NCBI GenBank assembly: GCA_028534125.1
Contig: CM052817.1
Location: 85,314,001-85,378,000 of the forward strand
Direction of reading: 5' to 3'
DNA length: 64,000 nt
Origin: Lama glama
Lineage: Eukaryota
Part shown: positions 12,382 to 25,155 of the stretch, piece by piece
How positions within the stretch are numbered: position 1 is the stretch's first letter
Layout of the letters: each line of letters begins with the position of its first letter
The notes under the pieces: model-generated
What the model was told of the DNA's origin: nothing
The model's input: the letters and a program-made list of their open reading frames with translations, nothing else
Database searches by the model: none
Position numbers and translations under genes: made by a program

Positions 12382-13004
12382 TCAGCTCTCCTCAGATTTT
12401 AGGTAATTGGGCAGCAGAGATTGCTACTGCCCCAGTAATATTACTCCTCCTGTTTTTGATACCATCACCACCATCCACTACTTCTGACATTGGTTATGAG
12501 AGTGCTTTCTGTGAGATAAGCATTAACTAGTTCTCTGAGACGAGTTTTCCCCAAATTCTACGAGATAAGTAATGTTATAAACAAATACTGCTCTGCTGCT
12601 CAGCACCAGCATGCTAGTTGAATGGGATTGTGATTGTCCTCCTGAAATTAGGAGAAAGGCTTGAGAGAAAAGTAGGGGGTTTCATGGTATGTAAATTAGT
12701 GGATGCTTACCTGAGAGAGGAGTATTGTTCAAAGCCCCTCGTGGAAATTATTAGCACATATTAAAATTTTTGTCAGAGATAAAGAACCAGGAAATTAGAA
12801 CACAGACACAATATAAACATTGCTTTATAGCAATGAAATGTGTATTACAGAGATGTGGGCAATTTGGTACCTTATAAGACCACAAATGTATGAAGAATGT
12901 GCTGGCATCACAAATCAAAAACATAAGTTAAAAAAAAAACCTCAGAATCTGTTTGGCTCCTGCAACTTTTTTATTGTGAATTTTTATATCATTGTAGAAT
13001 AGAG

Positions 13005-13200
13005 AGTTCATGAGTTTGAGAAGTGGAGTTTTGGGTTAATTCCTGGTTCTTCCCCTTGTTAGCTATGTGATGGTGTGGTCTTTCCTTTCCAAATGGTAGT
13101 TTCATCGTCCATCAAATGGGTATAAAAATATTTATTTTGTAGGTTTGGGGGTGAAGGATAGAAGAAATAAACTTAAGAAGATTTAGCTCGGTAACTGCTA
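13005..13200 (+). mobile_element. MIR SINE relic
   Basis: 'gggttaattcctggttcttccccttgttagctatgtga...gtttcatcgtccatcaaatgggtataa'. Confidence 0.6.
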
Positions 13201-14625
13201 TCTGTTTGAGACTCCTTCATTTATTTAGCCTGTATCTATTGAGTGTATCTCCCTTTCCTCTGGTGCGTTTTTGTTCTTTTTTCAAGGTTTTGCTAAGTGA
13301 CCCCCCTAGAATCACTCACACTCACCACTGCTCGTTTGCCATTTGCCATAGTGACTCTTGTATTCCTAGGCAGAATCTCACAGCAAAGTATGAAGATGGC
13401 CAAGTGTACTGTTGAAACATTCATCTGGCTACAGTAATATGCAGATGCACACTAATTTATGTGTCTTAATTAAACACACACACACATACGCACACACTTC
13501 ACACAGGACCTATGAATAAAAATACGACTTACAACCCCACCTTCTGAATCTCTATGACTTTTTTAAACTTTGGCAGCATATACAAGAAATATTTTTAAGT
13601 TTTGAAAGACTGCTTATTAGTTTCTTTTTTTATGGAGGGAGCAATGATTGAATCTGTGGGTACTTAGTGAGTTAAAAATAAAATAGTGATTTTTACATCA
13701 TAAAAGAGAGTTATATGACTGAAGTAAGGTATGCTGTTATTTCATATTGCTTGAATTTTCTGTACCTTTACTTTGTAATACTTACACTATTACATCCTTG
13801 GACAGCTCCATTAATGTGATTACAAGTGCACATTTTCTGTCTCATCTGTTATAGTTAATATGAAGGATTTATGTCATATGCAGTGTACAATATAACAAAA
13901 ATAGAAAAATTATAAATGTATTTCAAGAAATACTTGTTTGCAAAATCACAAAATTTCTGTCATGAAATGTTTTGACAATGTGATGTTCTCAACATAGATC
14001 TAAGCACTCAGAAGATATTAAAATATATTTGTTAAATAAATGAACTCATTAATACTTTAAAGTCTTGTGTTATAGTTGCTATCTTTATATGAATATTGGA
14101 ACCCTGAAAAAGGAAATCAAACGGAATAGAGGGGCAGAACCAATAAACGGTACTTCCTCACAGCAAGTGGCCTATCCCAGGAAGCCTCTTTGAACCCGCA
14201 GCCCAAGACTCCCCTCACCCACCCAGAGACATTGAAGCAGGAAGGAAGAACCAGCGAAGGGTTTTACTAATAGGAAACAGTCTGGTTCAGGAAGTCTCTC
14301 ATCCCATGGGCCTGAAATTCTCTTTCCAGAGACACTGGAGCAGCTAGGGAGCATTAGTGGGGGGATTTCAGTACATGCTCATGAAGACAACTTGATGATA
14401 TGTTTCCACATCAAGATACTCAGAAGCCCAGGGGAAACATCTTTCACCACCATAGGAAGCACCAGCAGAGACCAGTGAGACCCTAGTTGCACCAGATAAA
14501 CCCAGAAGATCCAAATAATACCTCAAAGGCTCTGAAAACTTAGTGGACATTGGACCCACAGTTCACACAGCCTATACAAGTAGGTGAATATCTGTGTGCT
14601 AAACCCAAATGGGATGATCACCTAC

Positions 14626-14984
14626 TGGTATAGACTGTATATATGTGTCCTTCCAAAATGTTTATGTTAAGTCCTGTCATTTAATATGATGTTATATGAC
14701 AGTGGGGACTTTGGGAGGTGATTAGGTTAAGAGAGTGGAGCCCCCATGAATGGGATTAGTGCCCATATGAGAGGGACCCCAGAATGTTGTTTGCCTTTAT
14801 GCCATGTTAGGACACAGTGACAATATATCTGTTTATGAACCATGAAGTGGGCCATCACCCAACAGCAAATCTTCTAGCCCTTTAATCTTGGCAGTCTCAG
14901 CATCCAGAAGTGTGAGATAATTTCTGCTGTTTATAGATCCAAGTCCATGGTATTCTGTTACAGCAGACTGAACAGACTAAGACA
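14626..14984 (+). mobile_element. MLT1A-type MaLR solo LTR
   Basis: TG...CA ends, 'ctttgggaggtgattagg...gagcccccatgaatgggattagtgccc', 3' end 'aacagactaagaca'. 5-bp TSD cctac (14621-14625) / tctac (14985-14989). Confidence 0.9.
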
Positions 14985-17900
14985 TCTACTAAAAAAAATA
15001 GTTTAATAGAAACTAGAGACTTCTAAAATGATAGACAAAGTGTCTACAATTAAAAATTACCTATCCTATCAAGAACCAAGAAAGTCACAGCTTGAATGAG
15101 AAAAGATGATAATACAAAGATGAAATATATGATGAAAGTATTTGGGAAGAATTTTATTAACCATTATAGAAGTACTTAAACAGTAAATTATAAATTCACT
15201 TGGAATAAATAAAAAAGAAAATCTCAGCAAAAAAGTAGAAGTAATAAAGAAGAATCAAATGGAAAGTATAGAATTTAAAAAAACAAACAACAGAAGAAAA
15301 ATGCACTGAATGGGCTCAGTAATGGAGAATAAATGATTGAGGATAGAATCAGTGCACTCAAGAATTCTATCAAACATTTAAGAAAATGTAAGAGTAAGAA
15401 AGTCTTCCTATATTGTTTTATGAAAGCAGTACTACTCTATTTCTAAAACCAGATAGACCAATATGTCTATTAACTTAGATATGTAAATGCTCAACAAGAT
15501 ATTAGCAAACCAAATTAAACAATAAAAATAAGTATACACCATAACCAATTAAAACTTATTCTAGGCATTTAAGTCTGGTTCAACATTTGAAAAATGTTGA
15601 AAAAAATTTGAAAAAATCAATCAGTATAATCAGTAATATCAACAAGCTAAAGAAAAAGAACACATGATTGTACCAGATGACACAGAAAAAACACTTGAAA
15701 AATTTTTAATACTTATTTTTTACAAAAACCTCTAGCAAGTTAAAAGAAAGATAAACAACTAAGCATGATACAGATCAACTACAGAAACCTTAAAGCTAAC
15801 TTTATACTTAATGGTTAAAACTGAATTTTCACCACCTCTGATCATGAACAAGGCAAGCTCTCACTACTCTTATTTGACATAATACTTGAAGTTCCAGCCA
15901 CTGCAATAGTCAAGAAAAAGGAGTAAGGGACATGCAGATGGAAAAGGAAGTAATAAAACTCACAATTTTCAGATGGCATGATTATCTACATAGAAAATCC
16001 CAAGGAATGTATAGAAACATTCCTATATAATAAGTGAGCTCAGGAATATCACAGGATAAGTAATCAACACACAAATCAAAATTGTTGCTATATACTAAAA
16101 ATGAATATAGAAAAACCAGAAGTAAAAGCACAATAACTTTTAAAATGGCTTCAAAGCAAATGAAATACTCAGGTATACACTTACCATAAGATGTACACCA
16201 TCTGTATGCTGAAAGTTGCAAATTTAAAAAAGAGAAGAAAACAAGACCAAAAAATGGAGAAATATGCCATGCTTATGGATTGGAAGTTTTGACGTAGTAA
16301 AAATGTGAATTCTCCCCAAATTGATCCGTAGGTTTAATGCCATTCCTATCAAAATTCCAGCAAATATATTTGTGGACATTTGTATGGGAAGGTACACATT
16401 TTTGAATAGCTAACATAATCTTGACAAAGGAGAATTAATTGGGAGGAATTACTCTACCCAACTTTAGGTCTTACTATATAGCTACAGTAATCAAGGCAGT
16501 ATGGTATAAATGTGTTATTGGCTGAGGGTTAGATATGTAGATCAATGGAATAAAACAAAGAACCTAGAAGTAGACATACAGACTTACACAAATGTGCTCA
16601 ACTAATTTTTGACAGAGGTGCAAAAACAGTTCAGTGGAGGAAGAATAGTATTTTCAACAAATGATGCTGAAACAACTGGAGACTGGAAAAAAAAAAAAAA
16701 AGAACCTTGACCTAAATTTACATCTTGTACAAAAATTAACTCAAGATGGATTACAGACTTAAATTTAAAATGTAGACTATAAGATTCTTGGGAAAAAAAA
16801 ACAAAACAGAAAATCTTCTGGAACCAGGGTTAGGCATAGTTAGTTAGCTTAGACTTGACACCAAATGCACAATGTATAAAAGGAAAAAATGATTTATTAG
16901 ATCTTATGAAAATTTTAAAAATTATAGTCTGCAAAAGCCCATGTGAAGGAAATGAAAATTATGAAAATGTAAGCTACTGATGAGAAAAAAATATTTGTAA
17001 ACCTCAGATCTAACCAAAAAAAAAAAAAAAGCTAGTACTTAGGATATATAAAGAATTGTCAAAAGTCAACAAAAACAAAATCCAATTAGAAAATGGGCAA
17101 AAGAGCCATGAACATTTCACTGAAGAGGATCTACAGATGTCAAATAAGCTCATGAAAATATGTTCTGTATCATTAGGCAGCAGGAAAATGCAAATGAAGA
17201 CCACAATGAAATAACACTACATACCTAGTGAATAGCTAAAATAATAAATAGTGACAGTATTAAATGCTGGCAAGGATTTGCAGAAGCTGAATCACTCATG
17301 CATTGCTGGTGAGAATGTAAAATGGGACAGCCACTCTAGAAAATAATTTCACATTTTTGTATAAAATAAACAGGCAACGAGCATATGGCACAGCAATTGC
17401 ACTTTTGATCATTTGTCCGAGAAAATGAAAGCTTAAGTTCACTCAGAAACCTGTACATGAATATTAACAACATTATTTGTAATATTTGTTTTATTTTGTA
17501 AAAACCAGAAATGGAAATCAAACCAGATGTTTTTTAACAGGTGAATATTTAAACAAGCTATGGGATATACATGCTGTGGAACACTGCACAGCAGTAAAAA
17601 AGAATGAGCTTTTGATACATGCAGCAACTTGTAGCATGTTCAGGCAGTTATTCTAAGTGAACAGGGTTGACCCCAACAGTATACCATGTCATTCCTTTTG
17701 CATGTTTTTGAAACGGTAAAATTGTATAAATAAAAGAATAATGCTTGCCAGGGGTTTAGTGTGAGTTGTATAGTGGCAGGAGGGAGGTGGGTGCAACACG
17801 AGGTCTCCTGTAGTGATGAAACTATTCAATATCTTGACTGTGGTGATAGATGCAAGAACTTTCACATGTGAAAAAAATTGTATGGAACTAAACAACATAC

Positions 17901-18054
17901 ATACACAAGTATAAGTAAAACTGGAGAACTCTGAATAAATTTGTGGATTGTATCAATGTCAATATAATATTAGTGATATTCCACAAGTACTGCAAATTTT
18001 ACCACTAGATGAAGCTGAGTAAAGTGTACATGGAATGTCTCTGTGTTATTTCTT

Positions 18055-18580
18055 TTTTTTTTTAGCATTTTTTATTGATTCATAATCATTTTACAATGTT
18101 GTGTCAAATTCCAGTGTTCAGCACAATTTTTCAGTCATTCATGGACATATACACACTCATTGTCACAATTTTTTCTCTGTGAGTTATCATAACATTTTGT
18201 GTATATTTCCCTGTGCTATATGGTGTAATCTTGTTTATCTATTCTACAATTTTAAAATCCCAGTCTATCCCTTCCCACCCTCCACCCCCCTGGTAACCAC
18301 AAGTCTGTATTCTCTGTCTGTGAGTCTATTTCTGTCCTGTATTTATGCTTTGTTTTTGTTTGCTTGTTTGTTTTTGTTTTTTGTTTTTTAGATTCCACAT
18401 ATGAGCGATCTCATATGGTATTTTTCTTTCTCTTTCTGGCTTACTTCACTTAGAATGACATTCTCCAGGAGCATCCATGTTGCTGCAAATGGCGTTATGT
18501 TGTCAGTTTTTATGACTGAGTAGTATTCCATCATATAAATGTACCACATCTTCTTTATCCAGTGACCTGTTGATGGACAT
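18055..18580 (-). mobile_element. Young 5'-truncated LINE-1 (ORF2 C-terminus, 3'UTR, polyA)
   Basis: Perfect 15-bp TSD tctgtgttatttctt (18040-18054 / 18581-18595). PolyT on the plus strand. ORF2 tail is open. Confidence 0.95.
18388..18580 (-). pseudogene. L1 ORF2p C-terminal remnant
   Basis: CPSTGHWIKKMWYIYMMEYYSVIKTDNITPFAATWMLLENVILSEVSQKEKEKYHMRSLICGI* is the conserved L1 ORF2p C-terminus. The upstream part of the listed ORF (to 18705) is flanking read-through. Confidence 0.92.
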
Positions 18581-19854
18581 TCTGTGTTATTTCTTATAAC
18601 TACATGTGAATCTACAATGACCTCAGTACAAATTTGAATTAAAAAAAAATTAAAAGCAAGTTGGAGAGTCAAAGCACTATATTTAAAAAGTGTCTTGGAA
18701 TTCAAATATTTATTCTTAACACTTTTCTATAGAGTCTATTCCTAGAAGGTGACAGAATGTTGTGTTTTCCTGTGATTTACACAATTACATTAGAAATACT
18801 TAAAAAATTACCTCATTAAGGATAATTCCTATAGTAAACTATAGATTATAATCATTAATGATTTCCTGTGTTCCATGAATTCCCTGATAGGGATTAACCC
18901 AAACTAGTTGTGGAATTTATTTTCCTGATTTCAACAAGGAACATGGCATGCTTACAGATTAGCATAAAATGTATGTATCATAGGAAAGATGTAAAGTTAA
19001 TTCGCTCTTTCATGAGAGAGAGAAAGAACACAATTTGATTTACCTCGATTCCTAATTTTGCCTCTTGCAAAACGCAGCTCAATAATCTAAGAGTATTTTA
19101 TATAATTAGAATTTTTACAATTTTTAATCTGAAGAAATTAAAGCATCAGTTACAATTAACAAACACTAAATGCTGTGATGGCCCTCAAAGGTTCTCTTAG
19201 GAAAAATGCGTAAACTGACTTTACCAATAATAACAGCACTAATACACCACTTTATACATTTGAACTAGTGGTAAGAACATAAAGTACAAGTATATATGCA
19301 TGTATCTTTTTGTTTGTTTCTTTGAAAAGTTATGTTGATGTTCAACCTAAATCCCTAGCTTCTTAATAGAGGGTTTACAAATACATATTGCCGTGGCTTC
19401 CTTAGCCATTTCATTCATATATTCATTTTTCCCTGTTTAACCTTTGTACTTTAATCAATTTTGTGTTTTTATACTCATAGTTCCTAGTTCTTTCACTCAG
19501 TGCGGTGACAAAATGTAAGCCTTATATTCTCTTGAAAGTTTCAATTACATTCATACAGCATACAGCTGAGTATTCAGAATATACTGAAACAGAAAAAAAA
19601 ATGTGCTGCAGAATGCTGTGATTATGTGTCTGTTTGTTCTGTCTACAAAGAGCTGCTTTGATAAACTCTTCTGCAGAGCTTTTGAATGTACACGTTTTCC
19701 TTTGGACTCTTGAATTCAGCTCTGGGGGACTCTAAACTAAAATGGAAATTCAAATAAATTAGGACAGCTGCATTAAAATGGGAACAGTCCTGTATCATGA
19801 AAAGAAGAATTGAAGGTACTGTGAATATTTTACCCAATGGGGAGAAAGCATCAT

Positions 19855-19987
19855 GGAAAGTGAATGTTCATCCCAGTTTTCCTAGTACAGTACAGATTTA
19901 TACCTCTTATCCTAACATAATTTTTAATATTACTCTTCTGCTCACAAAAGTGTCTCAGTTTTGGCAAGGTATTATATGGCAACCCTA
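19855..19987 (+). mobile_element. MER94-like hAT (Blackjack) MITE
   Basis: 'tcccagttttcctagtacagt...aaaagtgtctcagttttgg...attatatggcaaccct'. Confidence 0.65.
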
Positions 19988-19999
19988 ATTATGAAGTAC

Positions 20000-20300
20000 C
20001 TAATAACTGCTTTCAGTTGCTTGAAAGACATCATGTGGAGAAGGCATTAGTCCACATTTGCATGAGCCAGAGATATAAATAGTTCAGTGAGTAGAAGCTG
20101 TAAGAACTCACCTTTTTGGATCAGTATAAGAAGGATATTTTAAAATTTGGGAAAAGCCTCTCTTAAAAAGAGGAAAAATTACTTCGTTTTAGTTACTTAA
20201 ACATAGAAGAATGACTTCTCAGGTTTTGTCAAGGTGTTTCAGTGAATGATTGGATTAAAGGATGTGTTAAGTTTCCTTATAAATTTTGCAGTTTCTGAGT
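20000..20300 (+). mobile_element. CR1/L3 LINE 3' relic
   Basis: 'ataactgctttcagttgcttgaaagacatcatgtggagaagg...tcagtataagaaggatatttt' resembles a CR1 3' end. Confidence 0.5.
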
Positions 20301-20389
20301 AATAAATATAAGAAAAAGAAGAATAACCCTATTTCTTGAGTGCTGTTATCTAATTTTTCCTTGTAGTTGAACATTTATTTATCTCTCTA

Positions 20390-20540
20390 AATTTATGAAA
20401 GACAGTATCATTATCCACTTCTTCCCCCTTCTTAAATGAAGAAAGTGAAGTTTAGTGTGGTTAAGTAACTTGCCCAAAATCCCCATTAATTTTATAGTGA
20501 TTGTGTTTAAATCTGTGTTCTGGTTCCCAAAACCGTACTA
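20390..20540 (-). mobile_element. MIR SINE relic
   Basis: 'aaatgaagaaagtgaagtttagtgtggttaagtaacttgcccaaaatc'. Confidence 0.7.
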
Positions 20541-20687
20541 TTGATCACACTTATGGTCGTTAATATGACTAAAATAATAAAACACATATTTATAATACTG
20601 ATACTCTTTATTGAGTGCTCACTACATTCAGGTACTCTGGTAAACACTTTTCACATCTTTTTTTTGTAAGAGCCCTGTGAAATACGC

Positions 20688-21170
20688 ATTGATCAGGACT
20701 GTCTTGCATGCAAGTGATGAAATACAGTTCAATTTGGTTTACAGTGCCAGGTGTACAGCTCACAACTGAAAGCTCAGTGGTGATGCTGGCATAGAGACTA
20801 TTGGATCCAAGTGCTTCAACAAGATTGTCATGTATCTGTTTATCTATATGTCAGAGAAGATAGGCTTTCTTCATGTATGGCAGGATAGCTTAACAATTCT
20901 ATGTTCATGTCATTTTTACAGGTAACAACATCAGGAAAGAAAACAGATTGCCCCTGTTGTGGGTTAGCATTTTCTCCTGAACTGTTGCTGTGTACAGGAA
21001 TGTGGTATATTTGGATTGGCTGGCCTATTAACATGGGCACCACTCAAGGGTGTTGAGGGCACATGACTAACAACTCCGCTAGAATCCCATAGATGCAATT
21101 CCTAAGAGAAAATAAAGAATATCATTATCAGAAGGGGAAGATATGCTAGTTTGACTCAGGTAAATATCAT
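20688..21170 (-). mobile_element. MaLR LTR (old MLT1K-like)
   Basis: 'tcaggactgtcttgcatgcaagtgatgaaa...ggatccaagtgcttcaacaagattgtca...attatcagaaggggaagatatgct'. Confidence 0.55.
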
Positions 21171-22054
21171 ATAAACATTAGATGGACAAATAATTATCAC
21201 TCCTGAGCAGTTTGCTCAATACAGTGATGATTTCCAAACCCAAGGTTTTGTGGATTTTGTCATTTCTATACACAATTTGTGACTACTATGCAGTGTTTAT
21301 TATAACAATATAGAATTGTTTAACATGTATAAATTCTAGTTAAAATTTTGCACATGAATTCTTCTATTTTTCCTGTTGTGCTTTTAGAGAGTAATTATAT
21401 TAATGACAATAAAATACTGTATATTCAAAATTACTTAAATGGATAATTCATTTCTTAAACCTTTAGCTCTAAAAATAAAAGGAATAGAGTGATTCTGAAT
21501 AACCAAGCAACTTCTGCCCCTCAACAAAACAAAACAAAACAAATCACCAAAGGATGTCTGGAATACAAACTGGTTTGATTTTTGAGGATGGCAGTAGTTA
21601 TAATTGGTCAATAATTGATCATTAATTAATATTTATATGTCATATAAATAGTTTAGAAGCATACATTGTTCTCAAATTGCACTTATTTGAGCTTTTTTGC
21701 TAGTATATTGGACAAATACCTTTTATATGGTCTTTCTTATTTTGAGTAAACACTTGCAACGAATTGTTTTCATCTTTATCAAACAAACAATGATCTTTTT
21801 ATTTCTAATCACTTTTGAAAATCTCTGGAAATGATTCACTTTTCCTTTAATAAAATACAGACTGGAAATTTTGCTTGGAGTTTAGGGAGCTTTTGGGAGT
21901 GAAATGCAAGTAAATCCTTCCAAAGGAATTTAACTTCTTTTCTCTTTTAGAAAGGTGAAAAATAACCTGTTCTCATCCCAGTGATGTACTGTTGAATATA
22001 GTGAAGGGAAAATTAAGATTGTAACTTGAAGGCAGAAGTGTTTCTTTCATTCAC

Positions 22055-22080
22055 GTGTGTGTGTGTGTGTGTGTGTGTGT
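22055..22080. repeat. (GT)13 microsatellite
   Basis: Perfect GT run read directly. Confidence 0.97.
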
Positions 22081-25039
22081 ATTATAATGTTGGATAGAGA
22101 GTTCTGAGGTCAGTATCTCAAGAAAAGAACAATAGACACCATGATTTAATTTTCAGAATGAACCATTGAGTAGACAACAATTTTATTTGACTGTTCTTGC
22201 CAAAAAAAAGAGTGAATTAATTGATGAAAACGCTTGAATAGTAAAAGGAGCAAAAGTAAAACACTGACATGCTAAAATTAGAATGCAAAAGTTACACATT
22301 GCTTAACACTTAGTATCTACATTTGATTGACTTTCAAATGAGTTTCAGTAAAATTCTTGGGATTACAGTATCTATCTTTTTTGTAGATAAAATGTCTAGA
22401 TGTAGATAAGATTGAGTACATATGTCTCAACTATTATGTACCTAAAAAAAGCTTCTAATGGAAAATCTTTCAAAACAAGTAATTTGGTTAAAAAACCATG
22501 GGGTTATCCATCAAAGGCAACTAGCCCTTTTTTTCTTAGCAATTAATTTCCTATTGATTCAGCATTTTTATGGACAAGTCACCTCAGTTAAAAGCATGAT
22601 AACAAAACAATTTGCTCCTCTAGAACCGTATTCTAGCATTATAATATGTTTTCACATGTGTGTATTTTCTGTTTTTAATGCTTACCTTTATACTATGTGG
22701 TTACAAAAAATGTGTAGTTCACACAATCACTACATGACACTCAGACCACCTCTTCAGTTCTCCCGATTTTGGAGTTCTAGTTCTTGTGTGTAGTATTTGA
22801 TATTCTACTTTCAACAAAATGCAGGGGACCTCAAGTACATTCAAAAACAAATCTGTGGCAGTGGGGATCAGCTACAGGCTCAAATCCTAAAAGGTAACAG
22901 CAATATGAAAAATAAAGAGAGAGGAAATTTAGTGGTAAATAAATTTGAAGGGTTTGAGGTTGCTTTGTCTAGAAAGGAGAAAATATATAGTGATTCTTTG
23001 CAACATTTCTATTTTGATTTCTATCAAATTCCTGATGACTTTGGTTCTAAAAGTTTGATTTATTTACTCATATCTTCTTGGAAGCATCTTACTAGGTAAT
23101 CTTGTATCTTACATTTTTCTCTGTGTGGACATGTAGCTTCCCAGAAGAAACAAGTATTAGTCTACTTTGTCAAAGTTGATACCTCAACCTGTGCTCTTAA
23201 ACATACCATCACCTGTTTCCAAGTAAAGATAACACTTTATTTTGCATCAAGTGCTATTTTAATACTGATTTTTTATTTTAAATGACTGCATATTGTTCAA
23301 GTATTTTTATCTTTTGTGACATCCATTAGTGCATCCACATCATTTTTCTAAGTTAAACAATAACATACTAGTTTTTTTTCTTGCACTTTGCATGAAGAAA
23401 CTATCAAACTTATTTTTCCAAAGACAGCATATGCAAGAGTATTCATTGCTCCACCAAAATAGATCTGATATTTTGGTACCCACAATTCTCCATCTGTATG
23501 CCAGATGCTTGAAGCCACGTGGCACTGCTCATATTTTAAACAAATAAATGTGAAATATACAAGATGGGTAAAGGGCAGTGTTAATGTTTTACATGTGTGC
23601 CATCATTATTCAGACTATATTAATCTTCTCTGAGATTTTTAAATATCATTTTTGAAAGGAACTCTGCAATATCAGGGAATAGGTACAGCAAATAAATCAA
23701 CATATTGAACTACTCAGTACTAACCTCATACATAACACTGGATGTCTTTTTAAGATAAAGAGCATATACTTTAATTATGTTGACATGAAACAAAATGTAA
23801 TAGGTCATTGAATTGTGGACACATTTTATATGAAGTACTACCTTCTTGATCTCAAAGAGATTTTTTAAATTGTTATTTACTGGAATATTTTAAATTATTT
23901 GATAAAGATTTCTGCAAATTCGATTTCAAAATTCGTGATGAAAACAAAATCCTAGATGAAATGTGTATACGTTTGGTTGATACAACTTAAAAATCATTAT
24001 AAATATATATCTCTATTTTTTTTATGATTTTGTTCCATTTGAATGTTGAAAATTTCTTATGTCCTTTTTGTTGGTATCTGATAGTAAGTATAGTTGTTAG
24101 GCTAGGTTGTTTATCCTATTTATTTCTTGTGTACTTCTGCTCTCTCTGTTTTCTCTTTATTACATCATAGTTCTATTTAATTAAGTACTTAGATAGTTTC
24201 TCTGCTATAGACTTCTTTGTTTTAGAAAATCCCCCTTGGATACTTATTTATCTTAAAATATTACTACTGTTTCATGCCTCCTGTTTCAGTTAAGCTTCAG
24301 TGGTTTTCTGTTTTCTAGAGATAAAACCAAAACTTCAACCTAGCTTCCATTTTGTAGCAGAATCCGGACAACAAAGTTTCCTAATTCTGTTTCTTACCAT
24401 ATCCTCAAATCAGGCTACTCAGTATGTTTAGGATTTCTCTTGCTCTTCATTTTGCTTTCAGCAGTTGAAAGGATGGAATGCATCCTCACCTGTCTTCTCT
24501 ATGTGTAGAGTTTATTGTTCTACCTTTTAATGTATTGAATATGTAGTCAAAATCTTATCTTGCTTTTATGAAAATATATCTCTACAATTTTAGAAAATTT
24601 CCTTTGGATTACAGATTTATTAAACCCAGAATCTGATTATACCCGTCATCCTTTCTAACAAATATTGCTTATTTAGCTTAGTTCTCAAGTTCTCCTAATA
24701 ATTAAACATGGGCTACTAAATCAATGTTTTAATTTTAGTAAGAAACATAAGTAGTGTATTTTCCTATGATACATAATTGAGAAAGTGAATGAAAGAGTGA
24801 GGAAGAGTCAGTATTCATGTAATTTTATATTGTGCTACCTATAACAGAAATGAACTTTTCAGTTTGTCCTTTGGAAACTTTTGGCTACAAATATAAGACT
24901 ACAGTGCAAACTAGTTGAAAGGAGATATGTGACAAACAATTTTGGAGATGGGATACAAATTTTAGAAGACTTAACAGTGTAGGTCACAAAAATCAAATAA
25001 AGTATTTCTTTCTTTGAGCCAGTTTCATTTTATCATCTT

Positions 25040-25155
25040 TCTTTCATGGCTGAGGTAGGAGCTCTGTGAAGGCTGCGATGTTAATTGCTCAGTCCTCAGA
25101 ATCCAGAATGATGCCTGGTTCATTGCGTGTACTCCAGCAGTATTTGTTGAATAGA
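25040..25155 (+). mobile_element. L2 3' end relic
   Basis: 'cagaatgatgcctggttcattgcgtgtactccagcagtatttgttgaata'. Confidence 0.6.

Larger units (their letters stand above)
14100..18650 (+). mobile_element. Old LINE-1 (L1MD-like), internally deleted, with nested insertions
   Basis: 5'/ORF1-like sequence to ~15360, then ORF2 remnants: FYQTFK (~15365), FYESSTTLFLKP, LNKILAN, PCLWIG (~16270), LPKLIRRFNAIPIKIP (~16310-16360), GGITLPNFRSYYIATVIKAVWY (~16442-16507). L1MD-type 3'UTR ends 'ttatttcttataactacatgtgaatctacaat...aaaaaaaaa'. Many stops and frameshifts. Confidence 0.9.
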
